Positions 9,243 to 19,806 are shown, counted from the stretch's first letter. The stretch: 64,000 nucleotides of DNA from Candidatus Poribacteria bacterium (GCA_022824265.1 JAJEAG010000021.1:22577-86576); one strand, 5' to 3'. Numbers and translations are program-made. Notes: generated by a model not told the origin, from the sequence alone.

Positions 9243-10169
9243 ATTAACACTTTGTTCTGTAGCACTTTGTGCAATGAGTTGTTTAAACTGTTCACGCTGT
9301 GGTTCAGTTAACTCTAACGGAACAATACCTTCTATTCCGTTACTCCCGATTTTAGCGGGAACATTTAAAAATACTGATGTTGTGTCAGTTGAAATTAGTG
9401 TACCGACACTCATAACTCGTTTCTTATCAAGACTGATTGATGATATAAGCTGTAGAATATGGCTTGTAAGGGTAAATTCGTTTGCGGAAGTATATTGACA
9501 ACGTTCTGCAACATCAGTAATGAGATTCTGGATTTGTGGTTCATCCATTAATTGTGTGAGAGGAATTCCGTTAACTCTACAATACTGTGGCAACGGATAC
9601 GTTACTGCGTCATTCCCAATTGCCAATGCAGATACATCTTTCACAGATAATCCAATTCGACTTGCTATTTCGGCTTTTAAATGTGCTGTAGCAACACCGT
9701 TTGCAATACCAATTAAGTTACTTAATTCATAAGTCTGATGTATCCACGCGGCAACATAGTTTGCAAAAGGCATCGCAACCAATATGATAGCATCCTGAAT
9801 AGATGCTTGAATTTTTGGAACAATATTTCGAGCATTTGATAAATTCGTCGTTTTCAATGCCTGTGTTGAGTGGAAACCATACGGCAGGGACGTTGGCAGC
9901 AGTACTACTACATCCGATTCAGCGAGATCCTCAATATCGTTTGTAACAGAGACATCAGAATCACTCGCGCTCAATGCATTTGCATGTGTAAGATCTTCTA
10001 CACCATCAGCAGTAGAAGTGCTTTTTGTTACGCGCCGGGTCCCTTGTATTTTACCAGATTGTGTTCCAGTGAATATTACAATATCCTGAGCAAGTTCAGA
10101 ATGACAAATTCCCCAAGCCACAGTATATGCAAACTGATTTTGTCCAATCAATGCTATTTTCATGCGCAT
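9240..10169 (-). CDS. Malate/lactate dehydrogenase-fold protein with degenerate cofactor and catalytic motifs (probable pseudoenzyme)
   Basis: The 309-aa protein is collinear with LDH-like MDHs: 'MRMKIALIG...', 'DVVVLL', 'LDKKRVMSVGTL', 'VPAKIGSNGIEGIV'. However, GxGxxG reads 'GQNQFA'. The substrate-Arg loop reads 'TSLPYGFHS'. 'D..R' reads 'ATAHL'. The catalytic-His box 'GGHGD' reads 'IGNDA'. Confidence 0.75.
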   Translation of the reverse strand: MRMKIALIGQNQFAYTVAWGICHSELAQDIVIFTGTQSGKIQGTRRVTKSTSTADGVEDLTHANALSASDSDVSVTNDIEDLAESDVVVLLPTSLPYGFHSTQALKTTNLSNARNIVPKIQASIQDAIILVAMPFANYVAAWIHQTYELSNLIGIANGVATAHLKAEIASRIGLSVKDVSALAIGNDAVTYPLPQYCRVNGIPLTQLMDEPQIQNLITDVAERCQYTSANEFTLTSHILQLISSISLDKKRVMSVGTLISTDTTSVFLNVPAKIGSNGIEGIVPLELTEPQREQFKQLIAQSATEQSVN

Positions 10170-10174
10170 AGTTC

Positions 10175-12970
10175 CTATATCAATGTCTCAACAATTTCTT
10201 GGAAACGAGATTCAAGATTTTCACGTTGTTTGATCATCTCAGCATCTGCGTTTAATTTAGTATCCAGTAATTCATCGTAACGCTCAACATATTCCATTAA
10301 AGTTTCTACTTCTTTTTCGTAACACACGGCAGTGGATAATACTTTTTCCTTGACAATGACAGGTAGTTCATCATTGGTAATTTGTGTTAATTCCCATCTC
10401 CATACTTTTTCAGAAATATATGATACAAATCTATCTAAAACTTCCCCTTCATAACTACTATTTTGAAGTTCTTTTACCTCTTGAATAAGTCCTAAAACTT
10501 GGTTGAACAGATCATCTGATAGGATATTACGCAACTCCATTAAGATACGTCCGGTAGTAGATATCGGTAGTTGGTTTTGTAGCAGAAATACTCTAAGATT
10601 TTGATAATCATCCAAAGTTTTTATATCTGTAAGCCATGTTTTTTCAATTTCAGGAAGTTCATTTAAATCAAAACTTAATACCTGATTTTTCCTTAATTCT
10701 TCAATATCTGTGCCCCGTTTATTAATTCCAGCATGCGCTAATGTATACAACGACTGTGTTTCCCCATAAGGCTTCAAAAACGTTATCATCTCACTAACTT
10801 TTGTCTGTTCTGCTTGTATTGTGTCATAAGTGAGATTCCCATTATTATTGGGATTGGTAGCATTTCGTTTTTTACCTTTTCGTTGTGGATTTGAAAATCT
10901 GCTTGCCCGTTTTGCTAAAGTGTCATCGTATTTTTCCAATTCTTGACGAAGGAGAGACAACGTTACATCGCTATGTATTTCGAGTTTCTTTGCAGTCGTT
11001 ATATCACGAATAGAATGTCCGGTTTTGGCAACAAGTGCTTTATTCAGGTTGCGTTCAAGAGTTTTACGATCCTTTTCGCTCTCAACAACGAGTTGACTTT
11101 CCAAGGTGAGATTCATTAATCTTTTCGTCTGGTCTGGGACGCTGATGTTGATATCACATACTGGTTGAAAATCGGTCAGTAGTTTTTCACGAGATTTTCC
11201 ATTAAGTACTAAACTCCATAAAGTAGTGTAATAAGCTTGAAGTTTTTCAGTTTCAGATGGAGCTTGTTCTACCCATAGTTTAGTGATATGTAAACTATCA
11301 TCAATCTGTTCAAAGATGTGTTCAAGTTCAGAATCATCTATTTCAAACCCAATAAATTTTGCAGTCGAATTCCGGTTTGAATGGTTGTTCTTATTGGTAT
11401 TCGCTGATTTTTTTGCTAATAGTATATTCTCAAGCGGTTGGACTAACTTTTCAAAATCCTGTTGATGCATACTTGTAAAGTTTGCAATATGTAGTAAAGT
11501 CGACCAGATATTATGTAATCTATCAAGTTGCTCTGGATGGAGTGTTGAACGTATTCCGATCCGATTCAACTTTTCACGTATAGTGCCAGAAGTCCATTCG
11601 GGAAGATATATTTCCTCCATTGGAATATCATTTTCAGATATCTTTAGATTGACTGGTTTTACGTAACCTTTATCAATTAAATCGGCTTCAAAAACGAGAT
11701 CATGGAATAGTGCAGTGGCTTTATCCACTAACTGATTGGTCAAGGTGTAACTTGATTGAATCATGTAGTTAATGGTTAATTCTTGATTTTCTTGCAGTTG
11801 CCACTGTTCAATTATCGGGTTAATATTATCTTTAAGTGCGTCGGTAGCGGATTTTGTTGCTTCTTGATCAAAATGTTCGCCAAGATAGCTTTCATAGAAC
11901 TCACAGAAGGAGTTAAATGTATTCCTTAATTCACGTATAACCAGATCATCCCAAACCTTATTGTGTATACGTTGTCCTCGATTAAGCATCAGTGCTCGGA
12001 GTCGGCTTTCCACCCCTTGATGAAATTGTGCCATCAGTTGAAATACATGTTCATTTGCCTTAACGATATAGTTCTCTATTTTGGAGGAACTATTAGCAAT
12101 TGCCTCTTCAATTACATCCGATTGATCAGTAAATGCAATAGGAACTAATTTGACAAATGTGGGTTCAATCGGGTTATATACAGCTGCAGTTGGCAGTACC
12201 TTGACTGATAGTGGTTTTTCAGAACCCTTTTCATCTATAAATTTGTTATGAATTGTTAAACAGTCACCTAAATCAGTTAGGTCGGGGTAGGTTTTAATAA
12301 GTGTCCGCACCACGACTAAAACTGTATCATATTCTCCATTCTCAATCTCTGTGTACATTACATCCTCGTTGAGATGTAAACGGTGGATATGAGTCTGTTC
12401 TGGTATAACAACTTTAACTGAAGTATCGTCTGTATCTGTTCTTGTGAGGACAAAACCACCTGTTTTAATAGTGTTAGGTACTATTAAGCGAGATTCTAAT
12501 ACTTCCTCAGTCAGTTCAGAAAGTGTTAGAGATTTTCCCAAATGTTGTACGGTTATATTTGTAATTACACCGTCAGCAAAATCGGTGATTTGTCGTGTGT
12601 TACGTTCTAATTCTTGTACACTTTTGTGAACACGGTCATAATCATCATCTGCAGAAGCCTGTATCTTAGGTTCGTCAATCCAAGATATCCATGCTCCTGG
12701 ACGATGCTTTATTTTTAGTGTGAGTTTTCCATCTTGAGAGTCAAAAGCAGGAAGAATTTGGCTTTCAGAGGTAACTTTAGGAGTCCATATAATCAAATGT
12801 TTATTGTTATTATTACCGAGACCAACTCCAAATGTGTCGCCCCAACTAATCCTACCTTCAACACTTGCTTTGATCTTATCAGTTAATGTAAAAAGTGAGT
12901 CAGAGTTAAAATTAAGAGATATATCTTGCATTGCGTCAATTAGACGAGTCCTCCAAATGTTGGTAATCAA
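10175..12970 (-). CDS. Large uncharacterised protein (931 aa)
   Basis: One long uninterrupted ORF. Its TAG stop lies 5 nt before the ATG of the MDH-like ORF. I could find no NTPase, nuclease, protease or transmembrane signature. Residues 1-300 look beta-rich and the rest mostly helical, with two Asn/Lys-rich linkers at about aa 520-535 and 690-712. Confidence 0.85.
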   Translation of the reverse strand: MITNIWRTRLIDAMQDISLNFNSDSLFTLTDKIKASVEGRISWGDTFGVGLGNNNNKHLIIWTPKVTSESQILPAFDSQDGKLTLKIKHRPGAWISWIDEPKIQASADDDYDRVHKSVQELERNTRQITDFADGVITNITVQHLGKSLTLSELTEEVLESRLIVPNTIKTGGFVLTRTDTDDTSVKVVIPEQTHIHRLHLNEDVMYTEIENGEYDTVLVVVRTLIKTYPDLTDLGDCLTIHNKFIDEKGSEKPLSVKVLPTAAVYNPIEPTFVKLVPIAFTDQSDVIEEAIANSSSKIENYIVKANEHVFQLMAQFHQGVESRLRALMLNRGQRIHNKVWDDLVIRELRNTFNSFCEFYESYLGEHFDQEATKSATDALKDNINPIIEQWQLQENQELTINYMIQSSYTLTNQLVDKATALFHDLVFEADLIDKGYVKPVNLKISENDIPMEEIYLPEWTSGTIREKLNRIGIRSTLHPEQLDRLHNIWSTLLHIANFTSMHQQDFEKLVQPLENILLAKKSANTNKNNHSNRNSTAKFIGFEIDDSELEHIFEQIDDSLHITKLWVEQAPSETEKLQAYYTTLWSLVLNGKSREKLLTDFQPVCDINISVPDQTKRLMNLTLESQLVVESEKDRKTLERNLNKALVAKTGHSIRDITTAKKLEIHSDVTLSLLRQELEKYDDTLAKRASRFSNPQRKGKKRNATNPNNNGNLTYDTIQAEQTKVSEMITFLKPYGETQSLYTLAHAGINKRGTDIEELRKNQVLSFDLNELPEIEKTWLTDIKTLDDYQNLRVFLLQNQLPISTTGRILMELRNILSDDLFNQVLGLIQEVKELQNSSYEGEVLDRFVSYISEKVWRWELTQITNDELPVIVKEKVLSTAVCYEKEVETLMEYVERYDELLDTKLNADAEMIKQRENLESRFQEIVETLI

Positions 12971-13047
12971 ACGAAGTGTTGTTTATTTACTTCATTGATT
13001 AGAATATGATTAACTTGGTTACTACTCTTTATAGTATAAAAGTGTTG

Positions 13048-13626
13048 TCAATATACTTTTTCTTTTTTCTGTACTTGTCTTATTTCAAGTCCCCACACGT
13101 CCCAACCATCAACTTCCTTTCTTGCGAATAGTTCTATTTTACTCTGTTCAGGAAACATCTCATCAATACGTCGTCGTACCTCATCAGGTTTTTCGGAATG
13201 TCGAGTTCTTTTGGATTGGACAAGTTGACGGATATTTCTCATTCCTCTCGGTTGCGGAATAGTTCCACGTTTAAACACGAGACATAATTCGCATTGGCTC
13301 ATGGTATAAAAACCAGGATTTAGGCGGCACTTATCCCAAATAAAAGCGACTGTTGCCCAGCGAAATCCCCATGCTTTACCTAACATTATTGCTTGGTCAA
13401 GGTGAGGAGACGAACTCCACATAAACAAAAGACTGTTCTGGGTACTGATAGCTGCAATATTCCATTTGACCATCTCTGTTACAGAAATGGTTGGATAATG
13501 TCGTATTGCTCCACCGCTATCTTTTCCTGCTGCACCAGTGTATTGCAGTTGCCCTTTGTAATCCCAAGGTGGGTCAGCGTAGAGTATCTGATATTGTTTT
13601 TTTGGAAACGGAGGGTGTAATACCAT
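13048..13626 (-). CDS. MT-A70 family DNA N6-adenine methyltransferase
   Basis: 192 aa with 'YADPPWDY' (DPPW motif IV), 'HSEKPDEV' and 'ELFARKEVDGWDVWGLE'. These are classic MT-A70 signatures. Confidence 0.85.
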   Translation of the reverse strand: MVLHPPFPKKQYQILYADPPWDYKGQLQYTGAAGKDSGGAIRHYPTISVTEMVKWNIAAISTQNSLLFMWSSSPHLDQAIMLGKAWGFRWATVAFIWDKCRLNPGFYTMSQCELCLVFKRGTIPQPRGMRNIRQLVQSKRTRHSEKPDEVRRRIDEMFPEQSKIELFARKEVDGWDVWGLEIRQVQKKEKVY

Positions 13627-13724
13627 AGTAAGTTGATAGCAGTACCTATCATCCTAAACAGTAGTACTCGCTGTATTGTGAAGCCACGCACGTATAACTT
13701 TGGACAATATCCAGCATTATATTG

Positions 13725-14273
13725 TTACTGTGCTTCAACACTAAGTCCTTCCTGAACAATGTCATTGTTTGCAACCAACATATCACGGTCAAAGATAAAA
13801 TCACTCCGTTTGCTGCCAAGTTTTTCACCTTCTGCTTGACGTTCACGAAAATATTGCGGTAGTGTCAGTCCAGTCATACGTATAGCGTCTTCTGGACAAG
13901 CTTCAACACAATACCCGCAAAAAATACAACGTAGCATATTTATTTCAAAAATATCAGGATATTTTTCACGTTGATATCCTTCTTTGGTTGTCCATCCTTC
14001 TGGTGCAGGTGCTGCCTGAATTGTAATGCAGTCAGCGGGACAAGCAGTAGCACATAGGAAACATGCAACGCACTTTATTTCATCTTTTTCAGTGGTGGTC
14101 AATTTATGTATTCCGCGATATCGATCGTTTCGTTCATTGACACTTCTTGGGTCTTCTGGATACTGTACCGTTAATTTTTTTTTGGGAATATGTTTTAATG
14201 TTGTGAACATTCCCTTAATCAACGCGGGGATATAGAGTCTATCCCAAAATGACATTTCTTCGCTAACTTTCAT
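13725..14273 (-). CDS. NuoI-like 2x[4Fe-4S] ferredoxin (complex I subunit I family), solitary
   Basis: Motifs 'CVACFLCATACPADCI' and 'CIFCGYCVEACPEDAI', plus the NuoI-type N-terminus 'GMFTTLKHIPKKKLTVQYPE'. I chose the ATG at 14273 because it has an AAAGGA RBS. The ORF track begins at a TTG at 14306. Confidence 0.75.
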   Translation of the reverse strand: MKVSEEMSFWDRLYIPALIKGMFTTLKHIPKKKLTVQYPEDPRSVNERNDRYRGIHKLTTTEKDEIKCVACFLCATACPADCITIQAAPAPEGWTTKEGYQREKYPDIFEINMLRCIFCGYCVEACPEDAIRMTGLTLPQYFRERQAEGEKLGSKRSDFIFDRDMLVANNDIVQEGLSVEAQ

Positions 14274-14316
14274 AAACGAATTTCCTTTCTGATATGAAAT
14301 TTTCAATCAAGATAGT

Positions 14317-15846
<1,530 letters not shown>

Positions 15847-16087
15847 TTAGGTGGGTAAAAAGGCTTGTGAATGTAGTCCTAAAAACACGTATACCAAGTG
15901 TAATGTATTATATCATATTCTCACTTTCATGTCAAAATATTTTTGGTATCTTTTAAATGTAAAAAACTGACCGATGTCATAGACATTATATAAAAATTCT
16001 GCAAAGTTAATCAACATTTTTTAATCATTACAATTTCATCAACTGTGGTAAAATATCTTAAACAGTAGAAAAAAGGAGTAATATAAA

Positions 16088-17134
16088 ATGGCTAACTTAA
16101 ATGTCGGAATTGTTGGATTGGGTTGGGTTGCTGGAGCTCATATAGAAGCCTTTAAGGCTGTAAATGGAGGGGATGTCACTGCTATTTGTTCTCGTCGCGA
16201 ACACGATGAATCTATATTAGCAGAGACTTACGGTACTCCCTTAAAAGCATATACTGATTATGAAAAAATGCTTGCTGATCCTGATATTCATATCATAGAT
16301 ATTTGTACCCCTCACCCTTTTCATGCAGAACAGGCAATCGCTGCTGCAAATGCAGGCAAACATCTTATCATTGAAAAACCGATCTGTCTTACTTATGAAG
16401 ATGCCTTGGCAATCCGCGAAGCGGTGAAATCCACTGGTGTGAGTGTATGTGTCTGTTTTGAATGCCGGTATAGCGCACATTTCACAATGATTAGGTCTGT
16501 TATTGATAACGGTTTGCTTGGAGAACTGCACTACGCAGAAGTGGATTACTACCACGGTATTGGACCTTGGTACGGTCAATATGAATGGAACATCAAGAAA
16601 GATTTTGGGGGTAGCACACTACTCACTGCAGGATGCCATGCCCTTGATGCACTTCTCTTTTTTATGGATGGTAATGTTGAAGAAGTGACCAGTTATCACA
16701 CACAATCTAAAGGTGAAGCATTTCAACCTTATGAATACAAGACAACAAGTGTCAGCCTACTCAAGTTTGAGGGTGGTGGCAAAATTGGAAAAGTTACCTC
16801 TTGTGTTGACTGCTTACAGCCGTATTATTTCCACATCCATCTTGTTGGTAGTGAAGGAAGTTTGTTGGACAATCGTATTTACTCAGCGAAACTTAAGGGG
16901 ATGGATAAAAGTAAGTGGAGTACGCTGGAGACCTCATTGATCGATTCTGGTGATGTGAGCGATCATCCTTATGAACCGCAGTTCCAAGCGTTTGTTGATA
17001 GCATTGGAAGAAATGAACCTATGCCGTTGACAGACTTTGATACAGCATTTGAAACGCATCGCGTTGTGTTTGCTGCTGACAAATCTGCAGAAGATGATGG
17101 ACGGACTGTAAAGTTGTCTGAACTTGCAATTTAA
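16088..17134 (+). CDS. Gfo/Idh/MocA family NAD(P)-dependent oxidoreductase
   Basis: Motifs '[13 protein letters not shown]', '[10 protein letters not shown]' context and 'GKHLIIEKP'. An AAGGAG RBS is present. Confidence 0.85.
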   Translation: MANLNVGIVGLGWVAGAHIEAFKAVNGGDVTAICSRREHDESILAETYGTPLKAYTDYEKMLADPDIHIIDICTPHPFHAEQAIAAANAGKHLIIEKPICLTYEDALAIREAVKSTGVSVCVCFECRYSAHFTMIRSVIDNGLLGELHYAEVDYYHGIGPWYGQYEWNIKKDFGGSTLLTAGCHALDALLFFMDGNVEEVTSYHTQSKGEAFQPYEYKTTSVSLLKFEGGGKIGKVTSCVDCLQPYYFHIHLVGSEGSLLDNRIYSAKLKGMDKSKWSTLETSLIDSGDVSDHPYEPQFQAFVDSIGRNEPMPLTDFDTAFETHRVVFAADKSAEDDGRTVKLSELAI

Positions 17135-17173
17135 TATTTGGATATGTCTTGATGAGGTGGGAAAGTCTGTAAG

Positions 17174-18190
17174 CTATGGCTGTGAGTTGTGCCAATCTTG
17201 AACTGCATGTGGAATAGTCTGTAGGTTTTCAATCGTGGTTTGGAGAGGAATAGCACATTCTGGACCAATCAGAGGCACCCCCGCTTCAAGGTTCTTTACC
17301 ACCTCTGCGTGAACATCTTCTGGATCCTTTGCAAAAAGTGTTTCAGGATTGTTTATGTTGCCGACCAAAGCAATCCGTTTTTGCACTATATCCATAGATT
17401 CTTTCGGTTCGTTCTTTGAGTCGTAATGGAAGGCTGCCATACCTGTTTGTGCAATGTACTCCATCCGATCAACAGTGCGTCCACAGATATGTAGGATGAG
17501 TGGAATCGGAATACGTTCTACAAATTCTATGTGTAAGTCACGTAGATATTGCTTATAATAGTCACCACTAACGAGGTCGCCTGTAGCGTGGTCTGGCAGT
17601 GTGAGTGCATCTGCTCCTGCTTCTATCTGTGCAATGCCGAATTGCACTGTGGCTTCTTTCATACGATCCAATGCGAGTTTTGTTTTACCTGGGTCGTCAA
17701 GGGACAGTAGTAGAAAAGGTTCAACACCGAAACAGTGGTAACCAAGGGACCATGGTCCCATCGTCTTACCAATAACTGCCACTTCATCACCATATTCTTT
17801 TTTTAATATTTTTATTGCTTCCAGCACGCATTGAGTATCGGGATGGGTTAAGAAATCGTTTGGGATGCTAATATCGTCAACATCTTCCCAAATTGGTTCA
17901 CGCATTTTTACGGTGGGCCAATTATCTTTTTGTTCCCACTGTATTTTACATCCGAGTGCACTGGATTCTTGAATGATTGTGAAAACCGGCATGATGGTAT
18001 CAAATCCAAGTTCGGTATATCCAGTGGCAGCAAGTCTTGCCATCAGTTCAGGTTCGCGATTTGCTTGTGGGAATGGTGCATCGACCAGATCCATCAATTC
18101 AACGGTAGCAACAGAGGTAGGATTACAAACAGGAGTACGGTCGGTTGGTTCATTTCGTAGGGCAGCGAGAACACGTTCACGTCCAGACAT
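17174..18190 (-). CDS. Uroporphyrinogen decarboxylase (URO-D) superfamily protein, MtaA/CmuA-like methyltransferase type
   Basis: The N-terminus 'MSGRERVLAALRNEPTDRTPV' and overall length are typical of the family. I chose the ATG at 18190. The track start, a GTG at 18265, would overlap the upstream ORF. Confidence 0.65.
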   Translation of the reverse strand: MSGRERVLAALRNEPTDRTPVCNPTSVATVELMDLVDAPFPQANREPELMARLAATGYTELGFDTIMPVFTIIQESSALGCKIQWEQKDNWPTVKMREPIWEDVDDISIPNDFLTHPDTQCVLEAIKILKKEYGDEVAVIGKTMGPWSLGYHCFGVEPFLLLSLDDPGKTKLALDRMKEATVQFGIAQIEAGADALTLPDHATGDLVSGDYYKQYLRDLHIEFVERIPIPLILHICGRTVDRMEYIAQTGMAAFHYDSKNEPKESMDIVQKRIALVGNINNPETLFAKDPEDVHAEVVKNLEAGVPLIGPECAIPLQTTIENLQTIPHAVQDWHNSQP

Positions 18191-18233
18191 CGATTTCACA
18201 ACGTGCTTATCATCATTATGCACAGTGATTACC

Positions 18234-18872
18234 TCAACTTTGTTGGCTTGGTGCAGCAAGTACACCCCGTGCAGTACCTGCTTCCTCTTCCCGAATAATT
18301 ACACGAACGTTCGGTGCACGGACTAACAAGAGTCCGACAAGGGCATCGTGCGACTGTCCGCATGGAAATGTTACGGAATCAGTCGAATTCTCTTCTGTAG
18401 GTTCTAACTCCCCTAATTTCATCAAACCACCAGCAATCGCAGAAATACGTCGTTCAGCACTACGACCTTCTCCGTTTGACTTTACTTTGTATATGCCGTT
18501 TCCAAGAGAGTCAACAGAAATAGTTAACTTGGATTTTTTATCAAGAATACTTAGTGGACGTGGTTCAACAGAGGTGTCCGATGTGAGTTTGCATGCTTCT
18601 AAAAAAACTCGTCGACATGCTGCTTCATGTTTTTCCCCACAAGGAAAATAGAGCAAACCATCAGATGTCTTTTGCAAGCCACCCAATATCTGCATAGAAC
18701 CGATAATTTCTTCTATTCGTTTTGTAGCACCTTTTATACGACTGTATGTGTGAACTCGGAAGACTGCACGTGTATCAATTTCTTGACGATATAGTGCTAT
18801 AGTAATATCCTTGAAATGAGGGTCAATAGGGACGAGTTCAATTCGTCTACCGATGTCTACAATGGATGTCAT
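18234..18872 (-). CDS. Hypothetical protein (212 aa) built from an internal tandem duplication
   Basis: The two halves align: 'VFRVH..RIEEIIGSMQILGGL..LLYFPCGEKHEAA' against 'IYKVK..RISAIAGGLMKLGEL..SVTFPCGQSHDAL'. I recognise no family. Confidence 0.6.
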   Translation of the reverse strand: MTSIVDIGRRIELVPIDPHFKDITIALYRQEIDTRAVFRVHTYSRIKGATKRIEEIIGSMQILGGLQKTSDGLLYFPCGEKHEAACRRVFLEACKLTSDTSVEPRPLSILDKKSKLTISVDSLGNGIYKVKSNGEGRSAERRISAIAGGLMKLGELEPTEENSTDSVTFPCGQSHDALVGLLLVRAPNVRVIIREEEAGTARGVLAAPSQQS

Positions 18873-18891
18873 AAGCGATTTCTATTATTTA

Positions 18892-19806
18892 TTAGCGAAG
18901 GACAAAACTGCCGCCATAGGTGTTGTCGATATAATCGTAAACTCTTTCGGATACACGACGTAGAATATTGGCACGTTGACCAACCCATGCACCAAAGGAT
19001 ATCTTGCGTCTGTACCTATTCGTTTTTGTTTTATCTTCAATTAAACCTGTAAAGACATAAGGTCTATGGTTACCTTTTGGATCACGCATGACAATAATAC
19101 CGCTATCTCCTATCAATCCGTAAACAGTTCCTGTTTTATTGAGGACTTTTGCAGATGAAGGTATACGTGTTTTTTTATAGATGTAATCCCCATTCGGGAG
19201 TTCAAAATAATACTTCATTTTGTCTGAGTGTGGAAGTTTATTATCCCACAAACGCACATAAAACTCATTCAGATCTCTGGCACTGGTTAGATTACGGTAT
19301 GTCCTCCCGTTTGCGGGTATATATTCAATAATCTTTGTATGCTTGAATGCAGGATAATTTGCTCTAAGTTTGCTGTTGACTTTGTAGGGACCACCTAAGA
19401 GTCGCATAAAATAGTTTGTTGATGTGTTTGAACTATACCGAATCATCTTTTTTAAATGTTCCCGATTTCGATTTGAATGATATAGTCTACCTTGTTTTAC
19501 TTCATGAAAATATACGAGCATCACAAAATTTTTCACTAATGAAGCAGCCATCATCTGACGGTTCTCATTAATTGAAACCAGTTTCTTTCCTCTTGTAAGA
19601 TCATAAACGACAAAACTCGTACGTTCTGTTGAAGCCAATGTGCCTTTACGTCTGAACTGTTTTATAACATCGTCAATCGTTTGTTCAAGTGGGGAATCAA
19701 TTGTTGGGTCATGTGCTGCCTGAATCTCTGTAATCGGACCAAGTAAGACACAGAATCCACAGCAGACTAATAATCCGATAATTCTTTTAAAATATACATT
19801 TATCAC
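18892..19806 (-). CDS. Exported serine hydrolase, class A beta-lactamase / DD-peptidase-like
   Basis: It has a signal peptide, an 'ASLVK' (SxxK) motif and 'NKTGT' (KTG). Confidence 0.65.
   Translation of the reverse strand: MINVYFKRIIGLLVCCGFCVLLGPITEIQAAHDPTIDSPLEQTIDDVIKQFRRKGTLASTERTSFVVYDLTRGKKLVSINENRQMMAASLVKNFVMLVYFHEVKQGRLYHSNRNREHLKKMIRYSSNTSTNYFMRLLGGPYKVNSKLRANYPAFKHTKIIEYIPANGRTYRNLTSARDLNEFYVRLWDNKLPHSDKMKYYFELPNGDYIYKKTRIPSSAKVLNKTGTVYGLIGDSGIIVMRDPKGNHRPYVFTGLIEDKTKTNRYRRKISFGAWVGQRANILRRVSERVYDYIDNTYGGSFVLR

Noticed and set aside
10175-12970. The 931-aa ORF considered as an SMC/Rad50-like ATPase, dynamin-like protein, helicase or polymorphic toxin.
   Set aside because: I could find no GxxxxGK[ST] Walker A, no DExx Walker B or helicase motifs, no G1-G4 GTPase boxes, and no RHS/YD or known toxin-tip motifs. 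It is left unassigned.
18191-18265. GTG start at 18265 for the URO-D-like gene, which would overlap the upstream ORF by 32 nt.
   Set aside because: Family members start at the 'M..RERVLAAL' position, which is the ATG at 18190. The extension has no counterpart. The start remains uncertain because the RBS at 18190 is weak.
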